Positions 18,524 to 26,076 of a stretch of DNA of 39,598 bases are shown in pieces. The translations under genes and the position numbers were made by a program. Below the pieces are notes generated by a model that saw only the letters and a program-made list of their open reading frames with translations, searched no databases and was not told where the DNA came from. The DNA lies in UHGV virus genome UHGV-1361780. One strand, written 5' to 3'. Within the stretch, counting starts at the first letter, position 1, and the number at the start of each line of letters is the position of its first letter. This stretch comes from a virus.

Positions 18524-18765
18524 TTCTTCTCATCCTCCATTTGTGTTTTATAGATTCCCTTAAAGTAAGGGCATGTCTCATACATATCTTCGCAAAATAT
18601 CCCGGCAAAGTTGCTTTTTTCTTCATGGCACGTAAAAACGATCTGGTTTTTGATCTCAAACCCCAGATTGCAGCATATGTTCTGACAGGTTATTGTTGCC
18701 TGCTTTTTTGTGTCACTTGCCATAGTCTCATAGTAAGGGCATCTTACCCGTACACTATAATTCAA
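18520..18765 (-). CDS. Cys-rich small protein (81 aa) with a duplicated CPY(Y/F) motif.
   Basis: VRVRCPYYE...CQNICCNLG...FTCHEE...FCED..CPYFKG. It overlaps the Rep gene by 4 nt. Confidence 0.5.
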   Translation of the reverse strand: MNYSVRVRCPYYETMASDTKKQATITCQNICCNLGFEIKNQIVFTCHEEKSNFAGIFCEDMYETCPYFKGIYKTQMEDEKK

Positions 18766-19685
18766 CTTCGCAACTCCCCCTTTCTTCTCTTTCCCCCTTT
18801 CTGCATATCTTCACGGGATCCATGTTTGATCATCCGGGCATAGATGTAAAACATCGCCAGATCCTGATTATATTTAACCTCTGCATCCAGGAACTTATAT
18901 CCTGGATAGGCTTTTTCCATTTCCTGTCGCATGGTATCATCATTTTTTACCATCCGGTTCACTTTCCCTCTGCGGAACTTTCCGTAACTTCTGGTCGGTT
19001 CCGGTGGCTTTTTCAGGTTCTTGGAGGCACACCATCTTTTTGTACCTCTTGGGTTATTCGTAATGTATGTTGCTAATCCTGTAATCAAAAAATCCTCATC
19101 TGGCTTAATTCTCCGAGTATTTTTTCGGTCACACTTTTTCCACATATCTTCCAGCTCATCACGATCCACACCCTCTCCTGTCATAAGGATGTGGAAATGT
19201 GGACGGACTTTTCCATCAAATGCCAGGATGTATATGTATTTAATATTTTTCAGTCCATTCTTTTTTCTGCGATAGTTTATCCTCGTAATAAAATTCCGAA
19301 TGTCCTTGATAGCAGCTTTGGCATCTCCTGGCATGTACTCATCATTCCAACCAAATGTTGCCCAGATATCGCCTTTGCCAAAATTGATGCAGGCCAGTCT
19401 GATGCAATACCTTCTTGAGTTCTTATCATTCAGATTTTTTTGTGACGGTTTGGTTTCTCTCTTTTTCAGGGTTACTGGCATATCTCCCCTTTTCAGGAAG
19501 GATGGATACACCTGTGATTCTAGCAGCTCGTCACCACTCACCAGATTTTTAGATCTATTCGTTGTTGTCCTGTAAAGGCAGCTCACCCTCTGCTCAGAGA
19601 TCAGCTTTTCAATCTCCCACTCCTGCAGCTTCTCTGCCTGTTTATCATATGCTATTTCATAATCATAGTTATCGTAGTGCTTCAT
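18762..19685 (-). CDS. Rolling-circle replication initiator / HUH endonuclease superfamily protein (307 aa).
   Basis: HUH motif VRPHFHILMTGEG, with a downstream candidate catalytic Tyr region (GLATYITNNPRGTKRW). An AGAGGAG RBS is present. The gene lies immediately downstream of the tyrosine recombinase gene. Confidence 0.45.
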   Translation of the reverse strand: MKHYDNYDYEIAYDKQAEKLQEWEIEKLISEQRVSCLYRTTTNRSKNLVSGDELLESQVYPSFLKRGDMPVTLKKRETKPSQKNLNDKNSRRYCIRLACINFGKGDIWATFGWNDEYMPGDAKAAIKDIRNFITRINYRRKKNGLKNIKYIYILAFDGKVRPHFHILMTGEGVDRDELEDMWKKCDRKNTRRIKPDEDFLITGLATYITNNPRGTKRWCASKNLKKPPEPTRSYGKFRRGKVNRMVKNDDTMRQEMEKAYPGYKFLDAEVKYNQDLAMFYIYARMIKHGSREDMQKGGKRRKGELRS

Positions 19686-19815
19686 GCTGCTCCTCTTTAG
19701 TTCCTAAATATTTAGAGATTTCTGCCGTTTGTTAATACCCATTACAAGGACGGCAAAGAGGATTTCCCCCTGACCTTTTTTATGGGGCCCGTTACAGGCC
19801 CCAATCCTTTTTCTA

Positions 19816-20853
19816 TTAAACTGCCCTTTTTCTAATCATCCTCAACGTGTCCGGTGTTGATTGAGCATAGTACATACTCGTTACTTTAGAATCCGCGTGA
19901 CCCAGGACTTCCTGGATCGTTCCTATATCTACGCCTCTGTTTTTCAACTCCATTCCCAGTGTCTTCCTCATCTTGTGAGGATAACACCGGTTTGTCACAC
20001 CTGCGTGTTCCGCAATTTCTTTCATGATTGTCCGTACCGAAGATGTCCCTATTGGCTTATAAGGCTTGCTCTTTGATACGAACATATGTTCATTGTTGTC
20101 TGTCCTAGAGTTCCAATATTTTTTGTAATGGTATAAAGCATCTGGATCCAGATATATGGTCCGATACCGGTTACTTTTTTCACCTAGAATCAAAATATCC
20201 CCTGTTTCCCAGTTGATCTGGTCAACAGTTATCTCAACAATTTCTCCTACGCGTGCCCCGGTACTGCGCAGTACTTCAATTAAGGCTCGTTCCCGTAAGG
20301 TCCGGCAACTGTCTCTTAAACGTGCCATTTCTTCCGGTGTAAAAAAATCTATAGGCTTTCTCTGCACCTTTAATGGCTCGATTGCTTCAACTGGATTTAC
20401 AGTTATAAGCTTTTCTTTCCGCATCCAGGAAAAGAAAGCGGACAAATACCTTCTTTCGCTATTCAAAGTTGAGTTCTGATTTTTTCGTCCGGTTACTGGT
20501 ACATTCCGGTTCTCATACCAATTGAGATAGTAAAATATATCATGCTCATCCATCTGCACCAATGGCTTGTCCAACACCGTGATCAGGCGTTTGATTGATG
20601 CCATATAACCATATTTAGTCCCTTCACGAAGCTTTTTCTTCTTATATAAAAAGAGTTTTATTATGTACTCATTCTGTTGATCCACACTATCCTTAATCTC
20701 TGCCGGTAGCGTATTGATTCTTTCCATAACCACATCTATCGTCTTGTCAACTATCACGCGCTCCAGAATTTGGATTAAATCAGCAGCAATATATGCTGAC
20801 ATGGCAACGATTACATCATTAATAACCTGTGTTTTAACATTCTCATTTGTCAT
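19816..20853 (-). CDS. Tyrosine site-specific recombinase / integrase (345 aa).
   Basis: Catalytic boxes RALIEVLRSTGARVGEI (Arg), HKMRKTLG (H-x-x-R) and LGHADSKVTSMYY (His/Tyr). The N-terminus has a SAM-like core-binding region. Confidence 0.85.
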   Translation of the reverse strand: MTNENVKTQVINDVIVAMSAYIAADLIQILERVIVDKTIDVVMERINTLPAEIKDSVDQQNEYIIKLFLYKKKKLREGTKYGYMASIKRLITVLDKPLVQMDEHDIFYYLNWYENRNVPVTGRKNQNSTLNSERRYLSAFFSWMRKEKLITVNPVEAIEPLKVQRKPIDFFTPEEMARLRDSCRTLRERALIEVLRSTGARVGEIVEITVDQINWETGDILILGEKSNRYRTIYLDPDALYHYKKYWNSRTDNNEHMFVSKSKPYKPIGTSSVRTIMKEIAEHAGVTNRCYPHKMRKTLGMELKNRGVDIGTIQEVLGHADSKVTSMYYAQSTPDTLRMIRKRAV

Positions 20854-20871
20854 AGATATCCTCCTTTTCCT

Positions 20872-20910
20872 TGCTTAAGAAGGGTATATATGATATACTT
20901 ATCTTAAGCA
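20872..20910 (-). promoter_or_regulatory. Inverted repeat TGCTTAAGA-N21-TCTTAAGCA with an AT-rich TATATATGATATA spacer, 19-57 nt upstream of the recombinase start. Candidate operator/promoter of the int-rep operon.
   Basis: Seen directly: the arms at 20872-20880 and 20902-20910 are exact reverse complements. Confidence 0.4.
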
Positions 20911-20961
20911 GAACGGCGGATCATGGTACCTTGGGCGGTTAATGATCTGCCTGTTTTTTTG

Positions 20962-21267
20962 TTACTGTGTTCTGTTTCCATCGGCTTTTCTCCTTTCTTC
21001 TCTAAACCATTTGCCATCACCTTTAAGCATCCTGGTCCTTGTTTCATCCCAATCTGCACAAAGCTGTGCACTGTATTTATTTAGAGCTACTTCACATTCA
21101 ATTTCAAAGTGTTTCAATCTATATCTTCTTTTTATCAGACTATTTAAACGAGCTGCTACCGAGATGTTTTGGCTGCTCACTTGCAGCATTTCTCGCAACT
21201 GTTTGCTCGTATACATTCCGCAGTACGTATTTCTGTCGTACAATTCATATAAATTAACTTTATTCAT
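20962..21267 (-). CDS. Hypothetical protein (101 aa) with a possible HTH (YTSKQLREMLQVSSQNISVAARLNSLIKRRY).
   Basis: ORF from the track with an AGGAAG RBS. The HTH assignment is a low-confidence guess. Confidence 0.45.
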   Translation of the reverse strand: MNKVNLYELYDRNTYCGMYTSKQLREMLQVSSQNISVAARLNSLIKRRYRLKHFEIECEVALNKYSAQLCADWDETRTRMLKGDGKWFREERRKADGNRTQ

Positions 21268-21276
21268 TTTTTCTTC

Positions 21277-21468
21277 CTATCTTGGTATCTTTCCAGTTTT
21301 TTCACATAATGCCAGGTAATTATCCACCGCTAAACGAAATTTTTCCCGCAAATCGCGTATATTGGAGGAATGAAAACTTACCAAATCAGAGCAGTTAGAA
21401 AGAGTTCCCACATATATCATTTCTTTGGAATCATATTCGATTTTTGCTTCATAACCTTTGTATGTCAT
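21277..21468 (-). CDS. HicB-like antitoxin-fold protein (63 aa, HicB_lk_antitox / UPF0150 type). No HicA partner is detected nearby.
   Basis: MTYKGYEAKIEYDSKEMIYVGTLSNCSDLVSFHSSNIRDLREKFRLAVDNYLALCEKTGKIP matches the HicB-family consensus (YKGYxgxVEyd.ED..fyGkv.gi.D...FeG.t..EL...F...VDDYLxfCee.G). The neighbours on both strands were checked for the HicA GSHxxxxH motif and none was found. Confidence 0.6.
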   Translation of the reverse strand: MTYKGYEAKIEYDSKEMIYVGTLSNCSDLVSFHSSNIRDLREKFRLAVDNYLALCEKTGKIPR

Positions 21469-21515
21469 AAAATCTCTCCACTAAATTTCAGTTTTACTGC
21501 ATAACGTTATTAATT

Positions 21516-21689
21516 TTATGCAACTTTATCCTCTGCCTCTAGGAAGGCTGCAACAGCCTTTTTTATCAGCCACGCTATGGTTCTTTCATTCTTCTGGCAG
21601 TAAGCCACTACTTGCCGGAGCTGCACAGGATCCATGCTCACGCTCTGTCTGACGGCTTTATCTTCTGCTTTCTTCTTCGGTCTTGCCAT
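21516..21689 (-). CDS. Ribbon-helix-helix (CopG/Arc-like) small DNA-binding protein (57 aa): MARPKKKAEDKAVRQSVSMDPVQLRQVVAYCQKNERTIAWLIKKAVAAFLEAEDKVA.
   Basis: Found by manual translation. A GGGAGG RBS is present. The beta-strand RQSVSMDP followed by two helices is RHH-like. Confidence 0.45.
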   Translation of the reverse strand: MARPKKKAEDKAVRQSVSMDPVQLRQVVAYCQKNERTIAWLIKKAVAAFLEAEDKVA

Positions 21690-21733
21690 ATCACTACCTC
21701 CCTTTCCGTATGCTTATTAAATTTGGGGTTATT

Positions 21734-22039
21734 TCAGTTTTCTGTTTTATCAGCATCAATATATGGATCTACTTTATATACATCGCCCTCAAAATTCCAC
21801 ATTTGAATTTCTTTGCAAACAGCACCACACTTTCGACACTTCACTAGATCTATCCACATCTGATCTACCTGATGTATTTCATCAATCCACTCTATTTCAG
21901 CCGGTTTCTCACTGATAGATTTTATAATGATGCTTCCACACTTTCCGCATGTCATACAGCGTATTTTCCCTTTTCCGTATCGAATAAGATTATACGCTGC
22001 GTATAAGCGATCTTTTAAATTTGGATATTTTCGTCCCAT
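21734..22039 (-). CDS. Cys-rich zinc-ribbon protein (101 aa, CMTCGKC ... CRKCGAVC).
   Basis: ORF with an AGGAGA RBS and two CxxC pairs. Confidence 0.55.
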   Translation of the reverse strand: MGRKYPNLKDRLYAAYNLIRYGKGKIRCMTCGKCGSIIIKSISEKPAEIEWIDEIHQVDQMWIDLVKCRKCGAVCKEIQMWNFEGDVYKVDPYIDADKTEN

Positions 22040-22060
22040 AATTTCTCCTAAATCTTAAAT

Positions 22061-22264
22061 TTACCGATGATACCAGATCATCTTACCGTCTGCCATTTTT
22101 AATTCCACTTTGTCCGGATAATTGATGCTTTCCTTGGATGCGTGAAATCTCATGTCATGAATTTCTAGTGCAGACTTATGGTTACTTTCGCACTGCTTAC
22201 ACTCATTTTTGTCTTTATACTGCGTACCACAATAATCGCATACGTATAACTGTAAACTTTTCAT
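22061..22264 (-). CDS. Zinc-ribbon mini-protein (67 aa, CDYCGTQ ... CKQCESNH).
   Basis: ORF from the track with two CxxC pairs. Confidence 0.5.
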   Translation of the reverse strand: MKSLQLYVCDYCGTQYKDKNECKQCESNHKSALEIHDMRFHASKESINYPDKVELKMADGKMIWYHR

Positions 22265-22301
22265 CTTTTACGTTCTAAAATCTCCTTCTGGAATCTTAAT
22301 T

Positions 22302-22592
22302 TTAAATATTCTCATAGGTTTTTTCAAAGATATCCGGCTTACACGGATACAGCTCACCGTTGACGCCCTTAATCACATAATCCCATACTGAAACATGGTG
22401 AATGCCTTCCAGAGTCTCTATAAAAAGCTCACACGGCGGAGCGTCACAGCTTTCGGAAGCATAATGCATGACGCCCTTTTCGTAAGCTTCAACCGCCCAG
22501 TTCGGTACATACCAGTTACCATCACAGTCTTTTAAATCTCCATCGTACTGAAACGCTTCAATAACCACGGGTTTCTTTCTATATTTAGCCAT
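22302..22592 (-). CDS. Hypothetical protein (96 aa).
   Basis: ORF with a GGAGG RBS. Confidence 0.55.
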   Translation of the reverse strand: MAKYRKKPVVIEAFQYDGDLKDCDGNWYVPNWAVEAYEKGVMHYASESCDAPPCELFIETLEGIHHVSVWDYVIKGVNGELYPCKPDIFEKTYENI

Positions 22593-22609
22593 AATATTTC
22601 CTCCAAATC

Positions 22610-22714
22610 TTAATAAAAGTCATCTGCATCGTCCAGAAAGTCCTCATAGACCTCGCATCCCTCGCAGGTCTGCTCATCACAATCTGGAATGTAGTTACAA
22701 TACGGACACATCAT
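22610..22714 (-). CDS. Tiny Cys-rich acidic peptide (34 aa): MMCPYCNYIPDCDEQTCEGCEVYEDFLDDADDFY.
   Basis: Found by manual translation. A TTAAGATTTGGAGG RBS context, identical to the neighbouring genes, is present. Confidence 0.4.
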   Translation of the reverse strand: MMCPYCNYIPDCDEQTCEGCEVYEDFLDDADDFY

Positions 22715-22741
22715 AATGACCTCCAAATCTTAACTTTCAGT

Positions 22742-23002
22742 TTACCTGTCTATTATTTCCAAAATGCCTAACGAAAAGGCTACATATCCTTCTGCTAATC
22801 CGATAAATGCATCATCAAGCATATACTTAATTGTTGCATGGATTTCTCTACCGGAATACTTAATATTGTCCCATTCTTTTAGAACGGCTATGTCTCCAAC
22901 TTGGAAATCTCTGTCATTTTTTCTGATTTCAAATGTCTTTTTTTCGTCCAAAATTGCTTTGAAATACTTCGGATATATTTTTAATTCGTGTGTTTTACTC
23001 AT
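22742..23002 (-). CDS. DUF3850 / ASCH-like (PUA-fold) protein (86 aa from the internal ATG).
   Basis: MSKTHELKIYPKYFKAILDEKKTFEIRKNDRDFQVGDIAVLKEW matches the DUF3850 consensus (HELKI.P.YFeav..G.KtfEiRkNDRdfqvGD). The internal ATG at 23002 carries the GGAGG RBS; the track's ATG at 23041 lacks one. Confidence 0.6.
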   Translation of the reverse strand: MSKTHELKIYPKYFKAILDEKKTFEIRKNDRDFQVGDIAVLKEWDNIKYSGREIHATIKYMLDDAFIGLAEGYVAFSLGILEIIDR

Positions 23003-23024
23003 ATTTTTTTCCTCCGCTAAAATC

Positions 23025-23249
23025 TTAATTATCTGCTGCATGTTTTAAGCCTTGTTTATAACCTAATACAAATTCTACGTTCACTTCGCAGCCACAATTT
23101 TTACATCTATACCTTCCAAATCTACTGCCTTCTACAAACTCATGTTTTTTACAATTATCTCTTTTTAAATTGTTTTCATTGATCTGTTGCATGATTTCTA
23201 TTTGTTCTGGATCAAAACCTCTACTTTTGGCTTTTTCAATATCAAACAT
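23025..23249 (-). CDS. Zinc-ribbon mini-protein (74 aa, CKKHEF ... CKNCGCEV).
   Basis: The ATG at 23249 has a GAGGTG RBS 5 nt upstream. The track's TTG start at 23261 is less likely. Confidence 0.5.
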   Translation of the reverse strand: MFDIEKAKSRGFDPEQIEIMQQINENNLKRDNCKKHEFVEGSRFGRYRCKNCGCEVNVEFVLGYKQGLKHAADN

Positions 23250-23347
23250 TTTACACCTCAACTCTTAACTTTCAGTTTGTGACATCACTGATAATCCCCC
23301 GCAGTTTCCTGCATTCCACTGTTGTTATTGTGTTTTCTTCCATCTCT

Positions 23348-24130
23348 CTATCCCTCCATGCTTAAATAACACATTATTCCGCAATCTGGAAATATCTCTG
23401 TATTCATATTCCCGCGTGTAGGTTCTAGCTCGTCAAGGTATACCGGGTGACCTTTGCTGTCTTTCAATATTGCATAGCCCACCTGCCGCTCCAATCTGGC
23501 CCGACTCTCAAAAACCTCTGGAAAGTCCTTGCGGATCCGGTTCCAATAACCCATTCCTCCTTTGACACACCCGAGGCAATTATTATTAGGGTAACCAAGG
23601 TCATACATGACTGGCCGCCTAAAAGAAAAGGTCCTTTCAAATAGTCCGTGAACCTCTTCTTTCGATAATCCACGGTCAATCAACGGAAACTCATGAGCTG
23701 CCTGTGGGTTAGCCTCTATGGTTCGCTCTGCCCGCCATTTCTCTTTCAGGTCAAATCCCCAGACATAGGTCAGATCATAATCTTTATGAGCTAACTCCCA
23801 TTCTTTACGAACACGCTTTTTAAGCCAGTTTGTGCAGGGAGCAAAACCATTCATAGCACGAAAACCACCAAAAGCTCTGACACAATCATCAACACTGCTG
23901 TAGTCCTCAGATCTCAAAATCTGTATCTTCTGTCCGATTGCAGCTTCACAATCCCGTATAAATCGTATGCTGTCTGGATGCTGATCTTTGATATCTATAT
24001 AAATCCATTCGTCAACATCTCCTGCCAGGTATCCAGCCATAAAACTGCTTACTCCTGCACTGATCCAACACACTTTTTTCGTCATAACACTGATACCGAT
24101 ATCAACCTTTCTGTTTTTAAATTTATGCAA
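23348..24130 (-). CDS. PAPS-reductase-like / PP-loop ATP-pyrophosphatase superfamily protein (260 aa) with a degenerate P-loop (CWISAGVSS instead of SGGxDS) and a C-terminal CxxC.
   Basis: N-terminal KKVCWISAGVSSFMAGYLAG, central conserved Asp/Arg-rich region, and CLGCVKGGMGYW near the C-terminus. This is a family-level call from memory and the catalytic motif is non-canonical. It overlaps the MTase gene end by 8 nt. Confidence 0.4.
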   Translation of the reverse strand: MHKFKNRKVDIGISVMTKKVCWISAGVSSFMAGYLAGDVDEWIYIDIKDQHPDSIRFIRDCEAAIGQKIQILRSEDYSSVDDCVRAFGGFRAMNGFAPCTNWLKKRVRKEWELAHKDYDLTYVWGFDLKEKWRAERTIEANPQAAHEFPLIDRGLSKEEVHGLFERTFSFRRPVMYDLGYPNNNCLGCVKGGMGYWNRIRKDFPEVFESRARLERQVGYAILKDSKGHPVYLDELEPTRGNMNTEIFPDCGIMCYLSMEG

Positions 24131-25559
24131 ATCTCAACTGCCCATCTATATCTTCTTCCAGGCGGTCCGTCCGGCAATTCGGCAATCGCTTAGCAACACA
24201 CAGCTCTTTCAGATTCGCCCTCACCAGTGCCGTAGGTATCGGCGGACAAACTGCATTCCCACATCGTCGCACCTGTTCGGCCCGGGGATATGCCTTTCCT
24301 TCGCAATCTCGGTCAATTATGTAGTCTTCCGGAAATCCTTGGCACCCATACAACTCCTTCGGCTCCAGCATCCGCAGACCAATATCAACAATCTGGTATT
24401 CAGTGCCGTATATAGTTACAAGACCGAATCTATCCTGCGCTGTGATCGTATCAAGCGGCTCTTTTATATCCTGTCCGGTGCCTGATCCATAATACTTTGT
24501 CAAAAAGGCTCTTACCTCTCCAAAATGTCCATCTCCAGCAGTGATCTTATGCAAAGGTTCCCGCATATCCTGTCCTGTTCCGCTTTTGTAAAACTTGCTG
24601 ATAAAGGATGTCACAAGACCATAACGATTCGAGCTGTCCACTGTCATGATCGGATCTTCAATGCCCTGCCCGCGGACTTCATCTTTTGTTGTTTCTGAAT
24701 GGTATTGAATCAGAATCGGCATTTTTATATCTTCTGATTCGTCCTCGATGATGAACGGATCTGGATTATCCAGCACGAACTTTTTCACCCCTCTTGCGAT
24801 TCGATCCATCGTCTTTCTGGCAAGCGGGCGCACCGCGCGGATCCCATACTTTTTCTTGATTTCTTCCGCTGTGTCAAAAACGCTTGGACACGGCAAGGAA
24901 AAATCGAGTTGTGTATATGCTCCAACATACGGTTTAAGAAGTCTTGCTTTTACCTTTTCGCTGTCTGCCGGCGCATGTGTCGGTTTTGGCCAGACAATCG
25001 GCTCACTGTCACAGCGAGCAATCAAAAAGAATCGTTTCCGCATGGTCGGTGCACCGTAGTCCGCTGCGATCAGCTCTCGGTACTGAACTTCATAGCCCAA
25101 ATCCATAAGCTGCTGCACGAACTTCTCAAATGTCTTGCCCTGTTTGTTTTTGATTGGATGATGCCCGCGGTTTAATGGTCCCCACGTTTTAAACTCTTCT
25201 ACGTTTTCTAGCATAATGACTCTTGGCCGAACCAGCCCGGCCCAGCGACAGGCAACCCACGCAAGGCCGCGAATAAACTTGTCCTTCGGCTTACCACCTT
25301 TTGCCTTGCTGAAATGCTTACAGTCCGGCGAGAACCATGCTAGGCCAACCGGATGCCCTTTGCACGCCTTTACCGGATCCACCTGCCAAACATCCTCGCA
25401 GTAATGCTCTGTATACGGATGATTTGCTTTATGCATCTTAATTGCTTCTGGATCATGATTGATGGCAATGTCGACACAGCAACCGGTTGCGTCCTCTATG
25501 CCAGTGCTAGCCCCTCCACCGCCTGCAAAATTATCTACTATCAGCTCACCGTTAATCAT
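24123..25559 (-). CDS. DNA (cytosine-5)-methyltransferase (478 aa) with an internally duplicated target-recognition region.
   Basis: Motif I DNFAGGGG; PC motif FSPDCKHFS; motif VI IMLENV; motif VIII TMRKRFFLIA; motif X CGNAVCPPI. The tandem-duplicated segment is KFYKSGTGQDMREPLHKITAGD / KYYGSGTGQDIKEPLDTITAQD. Confidence 0.9.
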   Translation of the reverse strand: MINGELIVDNFAGGGGASTGIEDATGCCVDIAINHDPEAIKMHKANHPYTEHYCEDVWQVDPVKACKGHPVGLAWFSPDCKHFSKAKGGKPKDKFIRGLAWVACRWAGLVRPRVIMLENVEEFKTWGPLNRGHHPIKNKQGKTFEKFVQQLMDLGYEVQYRELIAADYGAPTMRKRFFLIARCDSEPIVWPKPTHAPADSEKVKARLLKPYVGAYTQLDFSLPCPSVFDTAEEIKKKYGIRAVRPLARKTMDRIARGVKKFVLDNPDPFIIEDESEDIKMPILIQYHSETTKDEVRGQGIEDPIMTVDSSNRYGLVTSFISKFYKSGTGQDMREPLHKITAGDGHFGEVRAFLTKYYGSGTGQDIKEPLDTITAQDRFGLVTIYGTEYQIVDIGLRMLEPKELYGCQGFPEDYIIDRDCEGKAYPRAEQVRRCGNAVCPPIPTALVRANLKELCVAKRLPNCRTDRLEEDIDGQLRFA

Positions 25560-25563
25560 GGCA

Positions 25564-25722
25564 TTACCCCCGTAATCTCCTAGCTTTACTCAACTTTCTC
25601 ACACACTCTCTATGCATGTACAATACAGTCCCTCTCTTTGTCCTGATCCACTCGGCATCTCCATTGATTACATTCTGGCAGATGCAGCAGACCGGGACAG
25701 ATACTTTCTTTGGGTCATTCAT
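25564..25722 (-). CDS. Zinc-finger mini-protein (52 aa): MNDPKKVSVPVCCICQNVINGDAEWIRTKRGTVLYMHRECVRKLSKARRLRG.
   Basis: Found by manual translation. A GGAGGAG RBS is present. The start overlaps the upstream stop (ATGA), and the stop lies 4 nt before the MTase ATG. Confidence 0.45.
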   Translation of the reverse strand: MNDPKKVSVPVCCICQNVINGDAEWIRTKRGTVLYMHRECVRKLSKARRLRG

Positions 25723-26066
25723 CGGGTCTCCTCCGCGATCATTTGTTTAAGTTTCTTTTCAAGCGCCTCATTTTTAGCAATACGGCTTTTCACTGTTTCT
25801 GCTGCATCGAGACCATGCAGCTTACACATTTCAAGATCTTGATGTTGATGGCGCGTATCATCCTGCACAATGCAGAGTAACAGCACCAATTCTTCCTCTG
25901 ACATTATCTCTCTCTTGTCTTTTGCCAGCTGTTTAATTACTGCCAGCATTGAATCATAGCAAAAGCAAATGGCATCCTCTGCTATGCTGTCTCCGCCATA
26001 GCTTTCTAGCGTTGACTGCATATTTTCTCTCAAAGCCTGTTCCAGCTCTGTTTTTTTCAAATACAT
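25719..26066 (-). CDS. Hypothetical protein (115 aa from MYLKKTELEQ...).
   Basis: The ATG at 26066 has an AAGGAG RBS at 6-nt spacing. The track's start at 26090 overlaps the upstream gene. Confidence 0.5.
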   Translation of the reverse strand: MYLKKTELEQALRENMQSTLESYGGDSIAEDAICFCYDSMLAVIKQLAKDKREIMSEEELVLLLCIVQDDTRHQHQDLEMCKLHGLDAAETVKSRIAKNEALEKKLKQMIAEETR

Positions 26067-26076
26067 ATTATCTCCT

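Noticed and set aside
18339-18659. Minus-strand 106-aa ORF overlapping two genes in another frame.
   Set aside because: It fully overlaps the better-supported, coupled genes 18236-18523 and 18520-18765.
19720-19810. Hairpins CTGCCGT...ACGGCAG and GGGGCC-CGTTACA-GGCCCC between rep and int as terminators.
   Set aside because: On the transcribed minus strand neither is followed by a U-run. They are kept only as a possible origin/nick-site region; see the int-rep finding.
20942-21319. Plus-strand ORFs 20942-21319 and 21039-21257.
   Set aside because: They lie antisense to the RBS-supported minus-strand genes 20962-21267 and 21277-21468. No RBS was found.
21277-21468. Calling a complete HicAB toxin-antitoxin pair.
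   Set aside because: No HicA-like ORF (about 60 aa with a GSH motif) was found on either strand within the surrounding 1 kb. Only the antitoxin fold and a separate RHH are present.
21612-21806. Plus-strand ORF 21612-21806.
   Set aside because: It lies antisense to the hand-called RHH gene and to the end of gene 21734-22039. The minus-strand RHH ORF has a strong GGGAGG RBS.
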